58,262 nucleotides of DNA. It comes from Minisyncoccota bacterium. GTDB taxonomy: Bacteria > Patescibacteriota > Minisyncoccia > Phycocordibacterales > PALSA-1337. Below are positions 39,691 to 49,135 of this stretch, in pieces (the stretch's first letter is position 1; each line of letters begins with the position of its first letter). The notes beneath the pieces were generated by a model. That model was not told the DNA's origin and made no database searches. It saw nothing but the letters and a program-made list of their open reading frames with translations. The stretch is taken from positions 1-58,262 of the forward strand of contig JAVHOW010000002.1 in the NCBI GenBank assembly GCA_036170235.1. Direction: 5' to 3'. The position numbers were made by a program, and so were the translations under genes.

Positions 39691-40356
39691 CTACTCATCT
39701 ACCGTATGTCGAGCAAAAAAGACTTTGTCCTTGGGAAAAATATTAAGTGCTATGTGATATATACTGTAAGTAATGAAGAAGGCAGAGAAAACATCGATTG
39801 TGTAGTGAAAATGACCCATCAACACAATAATACCAAAAAATATCGCGGACAAGACAAATAGGTAGCGCAATGGTTTTGAATCCCAAAAAATAAGAGCTAG
39901 AAGGAATGGCAATCCAGTGTGACCCGAAAAGAAAAGATCAGCGCCATATGAAAAAAAACTTGAGAAAATAGAAAGGGTTGGATCAACTAAAGGGATTGTC
40001 ACGAATGTGCCGATATGCGTCATGCTTACAAAAGCAGATCTAATAACAACAAATAGCGCGATACTTTTTAAAGTAAATGGGATTTTGTTGGGATATGCGA
40101 AAAATAATAAACCAACAAATGCCCACAAAACAAGTGGCCCATACATAAATATTCCATCCACATCATATAGACGAATATTACTCAAAATAATGTCCGTAAC
40201 AGGACTACTCACTCGTTCAGTGGCATATATACTCGCGTAATAATTTATAAAAAAACTAACCGTTAATAAAACAATAGAAATAATAAACGAAATGATAAAT
40301 TTCTTTTCTTTAAAAATACGATATCGTAACTTGATGCCTCTCAAAGATAATACCAT
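39691..40356 (-). CDS. PAP2/sphingomyelin-synthase-like membrane phosphotransferase
   Basis: DLFFSGHT and HFHYTIDV motifs; multiple TMs; start uncertain. Confidence 0.8.
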   Translation of the reverse strand: MVLSLRGIKLRYRIFKEKKFIISFIISIVLLTVSFFINYYASIYATERVSSPVTDIILSNIRLYDVDGIFMYGPLVLWAFVGLLFFAYPNKIPFTLKSIALFVVIRSAFVSMTHIGTFVTIPLVDPTLSIFSSFFSYGADLFFSGHTGLPFLLALIFWDSKPLRYLFVLSAIFFGIIVLMGHFHYTIDVFSAFFITYSIYHIALNIFPKDKVFFARHTVDE

Positions 40357-40407
40357 TGTTTTTAGATAGTACTTAAATTGTACTATAGAATAGAGTATAC
40401 TAGCAAC

Positions 40408-41007
40408 ATGCAAGAATGGCTCATCCAAGTCGCCCACACACATCAATATATTGTTTACGCTATTATCGTCGTTCTAGCATGCGCTGAAGGACCAATATTA
40501 TCAATGCTTTTTGGAGTGCTGATCAAACTCGGTTACTTCAGCTTATTACCTGTTTATACCGCCATCATGATCGGCGACTTGATCGGTGATGTTATTTGGT
40601 ATTACATTGGTCGTTATTGGGGACACTCATTCATCAAGCGATTTGGAAAATACTTTAGCATCACCGAGGAAGGTGTAGCCAAGGTTGAAAGAATATTTCA
40701 TAAATATAAACATCCCATTTTATTCATCTCCAAAATTAGCAACGGCTTCGGTTTTGCCTTGGTAACACTTATGACCGCGGGTATGGTGCGCATTCCCTTT
40801 TGGAGATATTTGAGCATCAATATTATCGGACAATTCATCTGGTCTGGATTACTCATTGGTATTGGATACTTCTTTGGAAATCTGTACCTTCAAGTAGATA
40901 GTGTTCTTGGACGCATGGCTGTTGTCGCTGGATTTGTGGTGGTATTCGCGGCATTTATGGGATATAAAAAATATCTCAAAACTAAAGCTGAACAATTTAA
41001 AATATAG
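40408..41007 (+). CDS. DedA family membrane protein
   Basis: GDLIGDVIWYYIGR and AGMVRIPFWRY. Confidence 0.88.
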   Translation: MQEWLIQVAHTHQYIVYAIIVVLACAEGPILSMLFGVLIKLGYFSLLPVYTAIMIGDLIGDVIWYYIGRYWGHSFIKRFGKYFSITEEGVAKVERIFHKYKHPILFISKISNGFGFALVTLMTAGMVRIPFWRYLSINIIGQFIWSGLLIGIGYFFGNLYLQVDSVLGRMAVVAGFVVVFAAFMGYKKYLKTKAEQFKI

Positions 41008-41022
41008 TCAATATTCACTAAC

Positions 41023-41739
41023 ATGATCTCAATAATTATTCCAACCTATAATGAGGAAAAATTAATTGGACAATGTTTGTCTCGCCTGAAATCGCTGACA
41101 CTACCAAATGAAATTATTGTCACTGACGACAAAAGTACAGACAATACAGTTGCTATTGCGAAAACACATACAGATAAAGTGCTCTGCCCTACGGAAAAGC
41201 ACGCGACAATAGCTCAAAACAGAAATGCCGGTGCTCGTACAGCTACTGGAGATATTTTAGTATTTATGGACGTGCAATCATACATAAAAGATCCAGACCA
41301 ATTCTTCACATGCGCACTGGAAAATTTCAAGAACAATCCAAAACTTGTGGCGTTGACTGGAGTTTTATGGGTATTACCCGAACTGGAAACGCATACTGAT
41401 AGAATCGTATATACTATATTCAATTGGGTACATCGATTTAAAAATAATGTCATGCATTCCGGAGAAGCATCAGGAAAGTTTCAAATGATTCGTCGGGAAT
41501 CTTTCGAAAAAGTCGGAGGATTCAGAGAAGATCTGGTTACGTCTGAAGATGGTGATATGTTCAGCCGATTATCAAAAATTGGTAGAACATTATGCGATCC
41601 AGAATTAGTAATTTTTCATCCGGAACGTCGCGCGCATGCGCTTGGTTGGCCACGCCTCTTGTGGATATGGGTGACGGAAAGATTGTGGTTTACACTTTTT
41701 AATAAAAGTATTTCTAAAGAATGGAAGGCTATACGTTGA
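41023..41739 (+). CDS. GT2 glycosyltransferase
   Basis: IIIPTYNEE, DDKSTD, RNAGA, SED. Confidence 0.9.
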   Translation: MISIIIPTYNEEKLIGQCLSRLKSLTLPNEIIVTDDKSTDNTVAIAKTHTDKVLCPTEKHATIAQNRNAGARTATGDILVFMDVQSYIKDPDQFFTCALENFKNNPKLVALTGVLWVLPELETHTDRIVYTIFNWVHRFKNNVMHSGEASGKFQMIRRESFEKVGGFREDLVTSEDGDMFSRLSKIGRTLCDPELVIFHPERRAHALGWPRLLWIWVTERLWFTLFNKSISKEWKAIR

Positions 41740-41767
41740 TTCTTAATTTGTATAAAATATTATTACT

Positions 41768-42490
41768 ATGAAAATATCTCTTGTTATCCCAGCCCACAAC
41801 GAAGAATTCTACATCGGAACATGTCTTGAGCATGTCATCAAAAATTCACAGGGAAAACTATATGAAATAATAGTCATAGATAATGCTAGCTCGGACAAAA
41901 CCCGTGAGACTGCTCTTCGCTATCCAGGAGTCAAGGTAGTACATGAATCAAACAAAGGACTTACCAAGGCCCGTGAACGAGGACTTCGAGAGGCACAAGG
42001 AGATTATATTGCTTATATTGACGCTGACACGCGAATGCCAAGTCAGTGGATAGAGATTGCTGAAAAAACACTTGCGTCTCATCCTGAAATCATGTGTTTG
42101 AGTGGCCCATATCGATATTATGATGGTTCTTTTTGGATACGAAATGTTATGACTATTCTATGGTATATTTCCGCGCCTATAATGTATCGACTTGTTGGTT
42201 ATATGGTTCTTGGAGGAAATTTTATCGCAAAAAAATCAGCTCTGATATCCGCGGGAAGTTTCAATCCAGCTATAGATTTCTATGGCGAAGATACTGATAT
42301 AGCTCGTCGTCTTCACACAGTTGGAAAAGTTCTCTTCCGTATGGATTTTTTTATTTATTCTTCGAGTCGCCGTCTGGCAAAAGAAGGCCTAATAATGACG
42401 AATATACGCTATGCTCTCAATTTCATCTGGGAAGTCATATTTCATCGTCCATTTACCAAAAAATCCACCGATATAAGAATCAAACACTGA
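41768..42490 (+). CDS. GT2 glycosyltransferase
   Basis: VIPAHNEE, DNASSD, IDAD, GED. Confidence 0.9.
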   Translation: MKISLVIPAHNEEFYIGTCLEHVIKNSQGKLYEIIVIDNASSDKTRETALRYPGVKVVHESNKGLTKARERGLREAQGDYIAYIDADTRMPSQWIEIAEKTLASHPEIMCLSGPYRYYDGSFWIRNVMTILWYISAPIMYRLVGYMVLGGNFIAKKSALISAGSFNPAIDFYGEDTDIARRLHTVGKVLFRMDFFIYSSSRRLAKEGLIMTNIRYALNFIWEVIFHRPFTKKSTDIRIKH

Positions 42491-42496
42491 TCCAAT

Positions 42497-43021
42497 ATGC
42501 CCAAACTAACCCCAAAGATCAAAACTATAGGCACAACAATTATTTTTTTGCTTGCAGGGATATCTAGTTTATTATTTTTTACTAAAAACATTTATACTGC
42601 TTTACCATTATTTATTTTTTATATAACCATCACCATCAATACCTATTTTTCAATACGTCTATTCTCAAGCATTGTGCCTCACGACAATACCAAACAAAAT
42701 ATAATCGACGCGCTTTTATTCTGTTTATATATTGCTCTTGCTTTTGATTTTAATAACCCAAATATTTTTGTATTTCTATTATGCATTCTTTTTGCCATAG
42801 CCATAATCAAATACACTCATTTGCTTGGGGTTATAACTCATATAAAATTATTAAAGAAAAAAATCATCATCGACACACTCGGAGCTTTGATGGCACTTCT
42901 ATCATTTTTTGGAATAATGTATGGAAGTCAGACATTAAGTGTCTGGTTGCTTGCAATAGTTTTTCTTCTAGCAAACATTATTCTGCTTGTAGTAAAACCG
43001 ATGTATAAGATTATTGATTGA
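42497..43021 (+). CDS. Multi-pass membrane protein
   Basis: About six hydrophobic segments; co-oriented with the GT2 genes. Confidence 0.7.
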   Translation: MPKLTPKIKTIGTTIIFLLAGISSLLFFTKNIYTALPLFIFYITITINTYFSIRLFSSIVPHDNTKQNIIDALLFCLYIALAFDFNNPNIFVFLLCILFAIAIIKYTHLLGVITHIKLLKKKIIIDTLGALMALLSFFGIMYGSQTLSVWLLAIVFLLANIILLVVKPMYKIID

Positions 43022-43026
43022 TAATC

Positions 43027-44007
43027 TTATTCCCCATCATCTTCATTCCCCGTTTTCCCCGTCTTTTCAAACTCTTTCAATGCCTCCGTTATCGGATCAA
43101 ACTTCCCTGCCAAAATAGCCGGCAGATTGTGCCATGACTGCTTGATACGATGATCGGTCACGCGATCTTGTGGAAAATTGTAGGTGCGAATCTTTTCTGA
43201 ACGACTGCCAGTACCGATCTGACCTTTGCGGTCAGCAGCAAATTTCTTTGCTTCTTCTTCTTCCTTGAGAACTTCAAGCTTGGCGGTTAGAATTTGCAAC
43301 GCTAGCTCACGATTTGCACCTTGACTACGCTCTGCTGTTGAACGAACATCGATACCTGTCGGTTTGTGGATAAGGCGAACTGCGGACTCAACTTTGTTGA
43401 CGTTTTGCCCACCTTTTCCGCCAGCACGAGAAAATTCCATTTCTAAATCAGCTGGATTGATCACAAATTTTGATTTTTTACGAATCGGCATGATGGCAAC
43501 CGTCACCGTCGAGGTGTGAACGCGGCCCATTTTCTCTGTTTCCGGAACGCGTTGGACACGATGTACACCAGTTTCCCAACGCAGTGTTTGGAAAGCGTCT
43601 TTACCTTTGAATTCAAGTGAAGCTTCTTTGTAACCACCCAAGTCATTTTTTGATTCATCAATAATCTTGGTAGTCCAACCTTTACTTTCACCATATCGCT
43701 TGTACATATCCATGAGTTCAAATGCAAACAAAGCCGCCTCATCGCCACCAGCGCCAGCCCGAATTTCCAAAATCATTTCCTTCGGTATTTCTTCCTCAAC
43801 AACATCGGCCGCAATAATAGCTGCCATCTCTGTTTCCAGCGACTTTTTTTGCTCAATTATAGAAGTGAGTTCAACATCCGCCATTTCTTTGAATGAAGGA
43901 TCTTTCTCCATCATACCACGCACCTCAGCTTCATCTTTTAGTAGTTTCTCATACAGTCCCGCCATGAATGAGGTTTTTGGGTTGTTTTTGTAGATTTCGA
44001 GATTCAT
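43027..44007 (-). CDS. prfA: Peptide chain release factor 1
   Basis: GGQ motif and RF1-type PxT (VQRVPETE). Confidence 0.93.
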   Translation of the reverse strand: MNLEIYKNNPKTSFMAGLYEKLLKDEAEVRGMMEKDPSFKEMADVELTSIIEQKKSLETEMAAIIAADVVEEEIPKEMILEIRAGAGGDEAALFAFELMDMYKRYGESKGWTTKIIDESKNDLGGYKEASLEFKGKDAFQTLRWETGVHRVQRVPETEKMGRVHTSTVTVAIMPIRKKSKFVINPADLEMEFSRAGGKGGQNVNKVESAVRLIHKPTGIDVRSTAERSQGANRELALQILTAKLEVLKEEEEAKKFAADRKGQIGTGSRSEKIRTYNFPQDRVTDHRIKQSWHNLPAILAGKFDPITEALKEFEKTGKTGNEDDGE

Positions 44008-44059
44008 AGATATGTATTCAATGCAATGTCTTCTTATTATAGCAGAACTATGTGGTACA

Positions 44060-44199
44060 ACAGGTATTCATAAGAGTATGAGAATATGTGGGTGAGGATA
44101 CACTGCGGAGGCCGATGAGGCCGAGCATAGGAATTTTTCAGCAGAAAAATATCCGCGTATCCGAATCCCACATATTCTCATACTCTTATGAATACCTGT
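44060..44199. mobile_element. 140-nt intergenic palindrome (33-bp perfect arms)
   Basis: acaggtattcataagagtatgagaatatgtggg (44060-44092) is the reverse complement of 44167-44199; inner ggatac/gtatcc. Confidence 0.75.
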
Positions 44200-44208
44200 G
44201 GGTGTAAA

Positions 44209-44466
44209 CTATTTCTTTGTTGCCTTTGCCTGACGAGTCTTGAATTTCTCCACACGACCAGCAGTATCAATAGTCTTCTCTTGATTGGTATAAAAAGGAT
44301 GAGATGCGCTAGAAATTTCAACATAATGAACTGGGTATTCCTTGCCATCAGTCCACTTGGTGTTTTCCTTGGTAGCGATAGTTGAAGGTATCAGAAACTT
44401 GGCACCGCTAGAATTATCGGCGAAAATTACAGATCTATAGTTGGCTGGGTGAATGTCTTTTTTCAT
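44209..44466 (-). CDS. rpmE2: 50S ribosomal protein L31 type B
   Basis: [25 protein letters not shown]; no Cys motifs. Confidence 0.92.
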   Translation of the reverse strand: MKKDIHPANYRSVIFADNSSGAKFLIPSTIATKENTKWTDGKEYPVHYVEISSASHPFYTNQEKTIDTAGRVEKFKTRQAKATKK

Positions 44467-44528
44467 AGGTAATAATCTAACATAAAGAAAAATTTTAGAC
44501 AAGTTGTGTTATAATACTTCCAAATACC

Positions 44529-45701
44529 ATGCCCACCCACGTTGTTTCCAAAAGTCACACAATTTACACCATCGCTGTCATTGGTTTCATTTACACATTA
44601 CACCTCGTGTTACCAATGTATTCGAACTCCAGCTTTCTTTCTCTTTTTGCAGATGAAAAGACACTCGGACTTATTTACATGCTTGGCGCCGCAGTTTCCA
44701 TACTTGGTTTTTTAATCGCGCCGCATATTATTCGCCGATTTGGTAACTATGCCACCACTATTGGACTTGTCTGTATTCAAATAGTTATTTTTTATTTTCT
44801 GATATTTTCATCGTCACCTACTGTTATTGCCGCGATGTTTATTTTGCAAACAGCAATAATTTCACTTATTGGACTAACTCTGGACATATTCCTTGAAGTC
44901 TACACCGACGGCAAAAGTACTGGATCTGTTCGCGGATTATATAACACCACTCTCAACGCATCATGGGTTATTGGTCCCCTTATTGGCAGTATGCTCATCA
45001 ATGGAACGAACGACTATCGCAATACTTACATTGCCGCTATGGCAATGCTTTTTCCTCTTCTATACTTGGTTTACCGCAATTTTCCTAGATTCAAAGACCC
45101 GAACTATATTCATTTATCGCCATGGCAGTTGATCAAACATATTTCATCCAATAAAAACTGGTCCAAACTATTTTTTGCCAACGTTATCCTGCAAACATTT
45201 TATGCTTGGATGGTCGTCTATAGTCCGATTTATTTAAATAAAATTATCGGCTTCAGTTGGGAGGAAATCGCGATCATTCTCACGATTATGCTTATTCCAT
45301 TTCCGCTCATCCAATACCCGCTCGGCAAATTGGCTGACAAAAAATATGGGGAAAAGGAAATCATGGCAATCGGCTTCGCTATTATGGGAATAGCTACAAT
45401 AGCTCTTGCGTTCATTGATATAAAAAATCTTGCACTCTGGGCACTCGTACTATTCATTACTCGTATCGGCGCGGCTTCAGCTGAAATCATGATGGAAACG
45501 TATTTTTTCAAAACAGTTTCTCCGCGCGATTCCGCGGTCCTCGGCTCATTCCGCGTGACTCGTCCAGTCGCCTACTTCATCGCGCCACTTATCACTGGTT
45601 TTGGGCTCATATTTATGACCCACGGAAGTCTATTCGTGCTGATCGGTGTTATTTCGCTGATTGGGTTGTATCCGGCGTTGACGATTCGGGATACGAATTA
45701 A
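44529..45701 (+). CDS. MFS transporter
   Basis: About 12 TMs; GKLADKKYGEK motif A. Confidence 0.88.
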   Translation: MPTHVVSKSHTIYTIAVIGFIYTLHLVLPMYSNSSFLSLFADEKTLGLIYMLGAAVSILGFLIAPHIIRRFGNYATTIGLVCIQIVIFYFLIFSSSPTVIAAMFILQTAIISLIGLTLDIFLEVYTDGKSTGSVRGLYNTTLNASWVIGPLIGSMLINGTNDYRNTYIAAMAMLFPLLYLVYRNFPRFKDPNYIHLSPWQLIKHISSNKNWSKLFFANVILQTFYAWMVVYSPIYLNKIIGFSWEEIAIILTIMLIPFPLIQYPLGKLADKKYGEKEIMAIGFAIMGIATIALAFIDIKNLALWALVLFITRIGAASAEIMMETYFFKTVSPRDSAVLGSFRVTRPVAYFIAPLITGFGLIFMTHGSLFVLIGVISLIGLYPALTIRDTN

Positions 45702-45785
45702 TTTTTTTGGACAAAAAAATATTTTGAAATACTTTTCGCAATTTTTCAATATTGACTGCGAACTTTTTTCTGCTATCATTTATCT

Positions 45786-45983
45786 ATGAGAATTGTATTT
45801 AATCAAAATCAAACTAGAGCCATGTCGAAATATCTTGCTGATATTTCAAAGATCATTTGTGGCTCTGTGGTAATAAATTTTTTTGTCACAAGCGTAGATT
45901 CACAAATTACTCCGGCATTATTCATCATCGGGTGCGTTCTAACCTCAATTACTCTTGGCTTTAGTCTTCATTTATCAAAATAA
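45786..45983 (+). CDS. Small two-TM protein
   Basis: 65 aa; TTGACT..TGcTATCAT promoter-like sequence immediately upstream. Confidence 0.6.
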   Translation: MRIVFNQNQTRAMSKYLADISKIICGSVVINFFVTSVDSQITPALFIIGCVLTSITLGFSLHLSK

Positions 45984-45992
45984 TAATAAAAT

Positions 45993-46100
45993 ATGACAAT
46001 AACTCCACAACAAGGACTTCTAATGTTTTACATATTTATGGGCTTGTTCTCTACAATCCTATATATTTTAGTTGTGCATGGACAAAAGAAAAATCCATAA
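45993..46100 (+). CDS. 35-aa single-TM peptide
   Basis: Manual translation MTITPQQGLLMFYIFMGLFSTILYILVVHGQKKNP. Confidence 0.45.
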   Translation: MTITPQQGLLMFYIFMGLFSTILYILVVHGQKKNP

Positions 46101-46211
46101 ATGATTCAAATCAACGATACAATATTAATTATCGTTTCAAGTATCGTGATGATTGCTTGTGCGTTGGTTGCTCTTTTTTATCCATGGCCTTTCAGTAAAG
46201 ATAAAAAATAG
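46101..46211 (+). CDS. 36-aa single-TM peptide
   Basis: Manual translation MIQINDTILIIVSSIVMIACALVALFYPWPFSKDKK; ATG abuts the previous TAA. Confidence 0.45.
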   Translation: MIQINDTILIIVSSIVMIACALVALFYPWPFSKDKK

Positions 46212-46228
46212 TTTTCCAAAATTTCTTC

Positions 46229-47035
46229 TCAACCTTTCCTCGCCTCCAAACATATAAACATTGGGATCTCCTTCCTAATCCGATCTTCTTCTACCGCACG
46301 TGGTCCTGCCTGACTTTTCTTATGTGAAATCCATTCCTCCAGACGTGTTACGGCAAATCCAGATTTACTCAAGGCTTTGAAATATGATTGCAATGGTCTA
46401 TGAAATGATATCGTAAACTTCTTTTTTGCAAGAATTTTTTCTCCTGGCGTCATGTCTATTTTCACTTGAGCATCTGACATATAAGCATCAAGTCGGCGAA
46501 ATTGCGTGCCGGATTTTTCATCCCATCCCCAATCAGATCTTTGTGGAATCCGAAACGCTGGATGATTAATAACCATGATCAATCGTCCGCCAGGTTTCAA
46601 TACACGCGAACATTCACTAAGAGTGCCAGCGAGATTTTCAATATTTTGCAAAGCAAGAATTATTGTCACCACATCAATAGTTTCATTTTGCAAAAATGGC
46701 AAACTGTCGGCTGGAGTGACATGAAATTGAATTCTGTCCAAGGTCGGACCTTGGACAGGAACTCTTTTCTTTTCTTGCTCCAGAGCCAATGTAATCAATT
46801 CCTTGGAAATATCATAACCAATTACCTTGGCACCATTTGCCGCAAATGCGCGCGAAAAATACCCTTGTCCACAAGCAAGGTCAAGTATCGTCATGCCTTT
46901 CTTTGGATCGACAATACGAATTAGATTCGGCATGAGAACGTTCTTCTGGAATGAATCTGGATTCTGCTCCAGCATATCGTCATACCAATCTGCTACGCCG
47001 TCCCATGAGGTTTTGGTGGGGTTATTTGATTTCAT
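46229..47035 (-). CDS. Class I SAM-dependent methyltransferase
   Basis: ILDLACGQG, GYDIS, RVLKPGG. Confidence 0.9.
   Translation of the reverse strand: MKSNNPTKTSWDGVADWYDDMLEQNPDSFQKNVLMPNLIRIVDPKKGMTILDLACGQGYFSRAFAANGAKVIGYDISKELITLALEQEKKRVPVQGPTLDRIQFHVTPADSLPFLQNETIDVVTIILALQNIENLAGTLSECSRVLKPGGRLIMVINHPAFRIPQRSDWGWDEKSGTQFRRLDAYMSDAQVKIDMTPGEKILAKKKFTISFHRPLQSYFKALSKSGFAVTRLEEWISHKKSQAGPRAVEEDRIRKEIPMFICLEARKG
46734..46758. repeat. Palindrome in the methyltransferase encoding VQGPTLD
   Basis: ctgtccaaggtcggaccttggacag; central 21 nt identical to the dnaG copy. Confidence 0.85.
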
Positions 47036-47124
47036 AGATTTTACTTATAACCAGTATACCGTAACATGAAATTGATCGATAAACAAAGAACTTATGATGT
47101 GTATGTAAAATCATACTAATCGCA

Positions 47125-48218
<1,094 letters not shown>

Positions 48219-48228
48219 TAAAAAAATT

Positions 48229-48579
48229 ATGAACGACTTAGATATACCAATATTTAAAAAATCTTACAATTTGTACAAAGAATTTTATAAATTACGTCTT
48301 TCAGTACCAAAGCAGGATCGATATGCTCTCTGGCAAAAATGCGAAAACTTATTGATTGAGATCTTAGAGAGTATACTTCTTGCAAGTCAACAATCAAAAT
48401 TAGAAAAACTTCCTGCACTAGAAAAAACAAGTGTCAAACTTAATTTCCTACGAGTCTGCATTCGCCTCATGAAAGACATCAAAGCGATTGACGCCAAGAA
48501 ATACATCATTATCGAAGCGAATCTCGATGAAATCGGAAAAATGCTCGGCGGCTGGATAAAATCAACAAAAGAACGCTAA
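48229..48579 (+). CDS. avd: Avd-like accessory variability determinant (four-helix bundle)
   Basis: 116-aa basic helical protein with PKQDRYAL and EIGKMLGGWIK, located between TR and RT. Confidence 0.85.
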   Translation: MNDLDIPIFKKSYNLYKEFYKLRLSVPKQDRYALWQKCENLLIEILESILLASQQSKLEKLPALEKTSVKLNFLRVCIRLMKDIKAIDAKKYIIIEANLDEIGKMLGGWIKSTKER

Positions 48580-48612
48580 GTTACATTTTCTAAAATTCCC
48601 GACGGTACTTCC

Positions 48613-48648
48613 AACAGAAACTCCCAACAATGGATGGGAGTTTCTGTT
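48613..48648. other. 14-bp hairpin immediately 3' of TR (minus-strand sense)
   Basis: aacagaaactccca/tgggagtttctgtt. Confidence 0.7.
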
Positions 48649-48666
48649 TGGATAGAGTTATGACTG

Positions 48667-48782
48667 CCTGGCAGCCGACAAGCCGATGTAGTCATCGCAG
48701 ACGCCGTCGCTCCAGCGGTTGACGTAAAGACCCTTGGCATCGAAATCGCCGACGTAAACACGGCGACAGTCCGAATCGAGAT
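48667..48782 (-). repeat. DGR template repeat (TR)
   Basis: 116 nt, ungapped match to 49142-49257 with 8 mismatches, each an A in the TR sense strand. Confidence 0.95.
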
Positions 48783-49067
48783 ATTGCCCGTTCCCATCTA
48801 TGTCACCGAGAATCGAGGTTTACTACCTTTGTAGGTCTATATCCTCCCATCTCTGAATTTTATTCAGGAGATCAGCTTTCTTTCGAAAACACCTCCACCA
48901 GAAACGAGCAAGAAGTTCTCTCTATCCTTAGTCGCGCTCTGCCGTAATCCGTAGACTACTGGCACTCTGGCGACATCTCAAGGTGAGATATCTCGCGAGC
49001 TTGAACCGTAATCCAAGCTACATTAACAAGATGAAAATATACTAGCCTATTTTTTATGAAAAAGAAA

Positions 49068-49096
49068 GAGCCTCCGCAAAAAATTTGCGGAGGCTC
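49068..49096 (-). terminator. Hairpin downstream of VR (terminator and/or DGR homing hairpin)
   Basis: gagcctccgcaaa-aaa-tttgcggaggctc, 13-bp stem; U-rich tract follows on the minus strand. Confidence 0.7.
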
Positions 49097-49135
49097 AAGT
49101 ATTCAAGAGGGACAAGCCCTCAAGAAATCAAGGAC

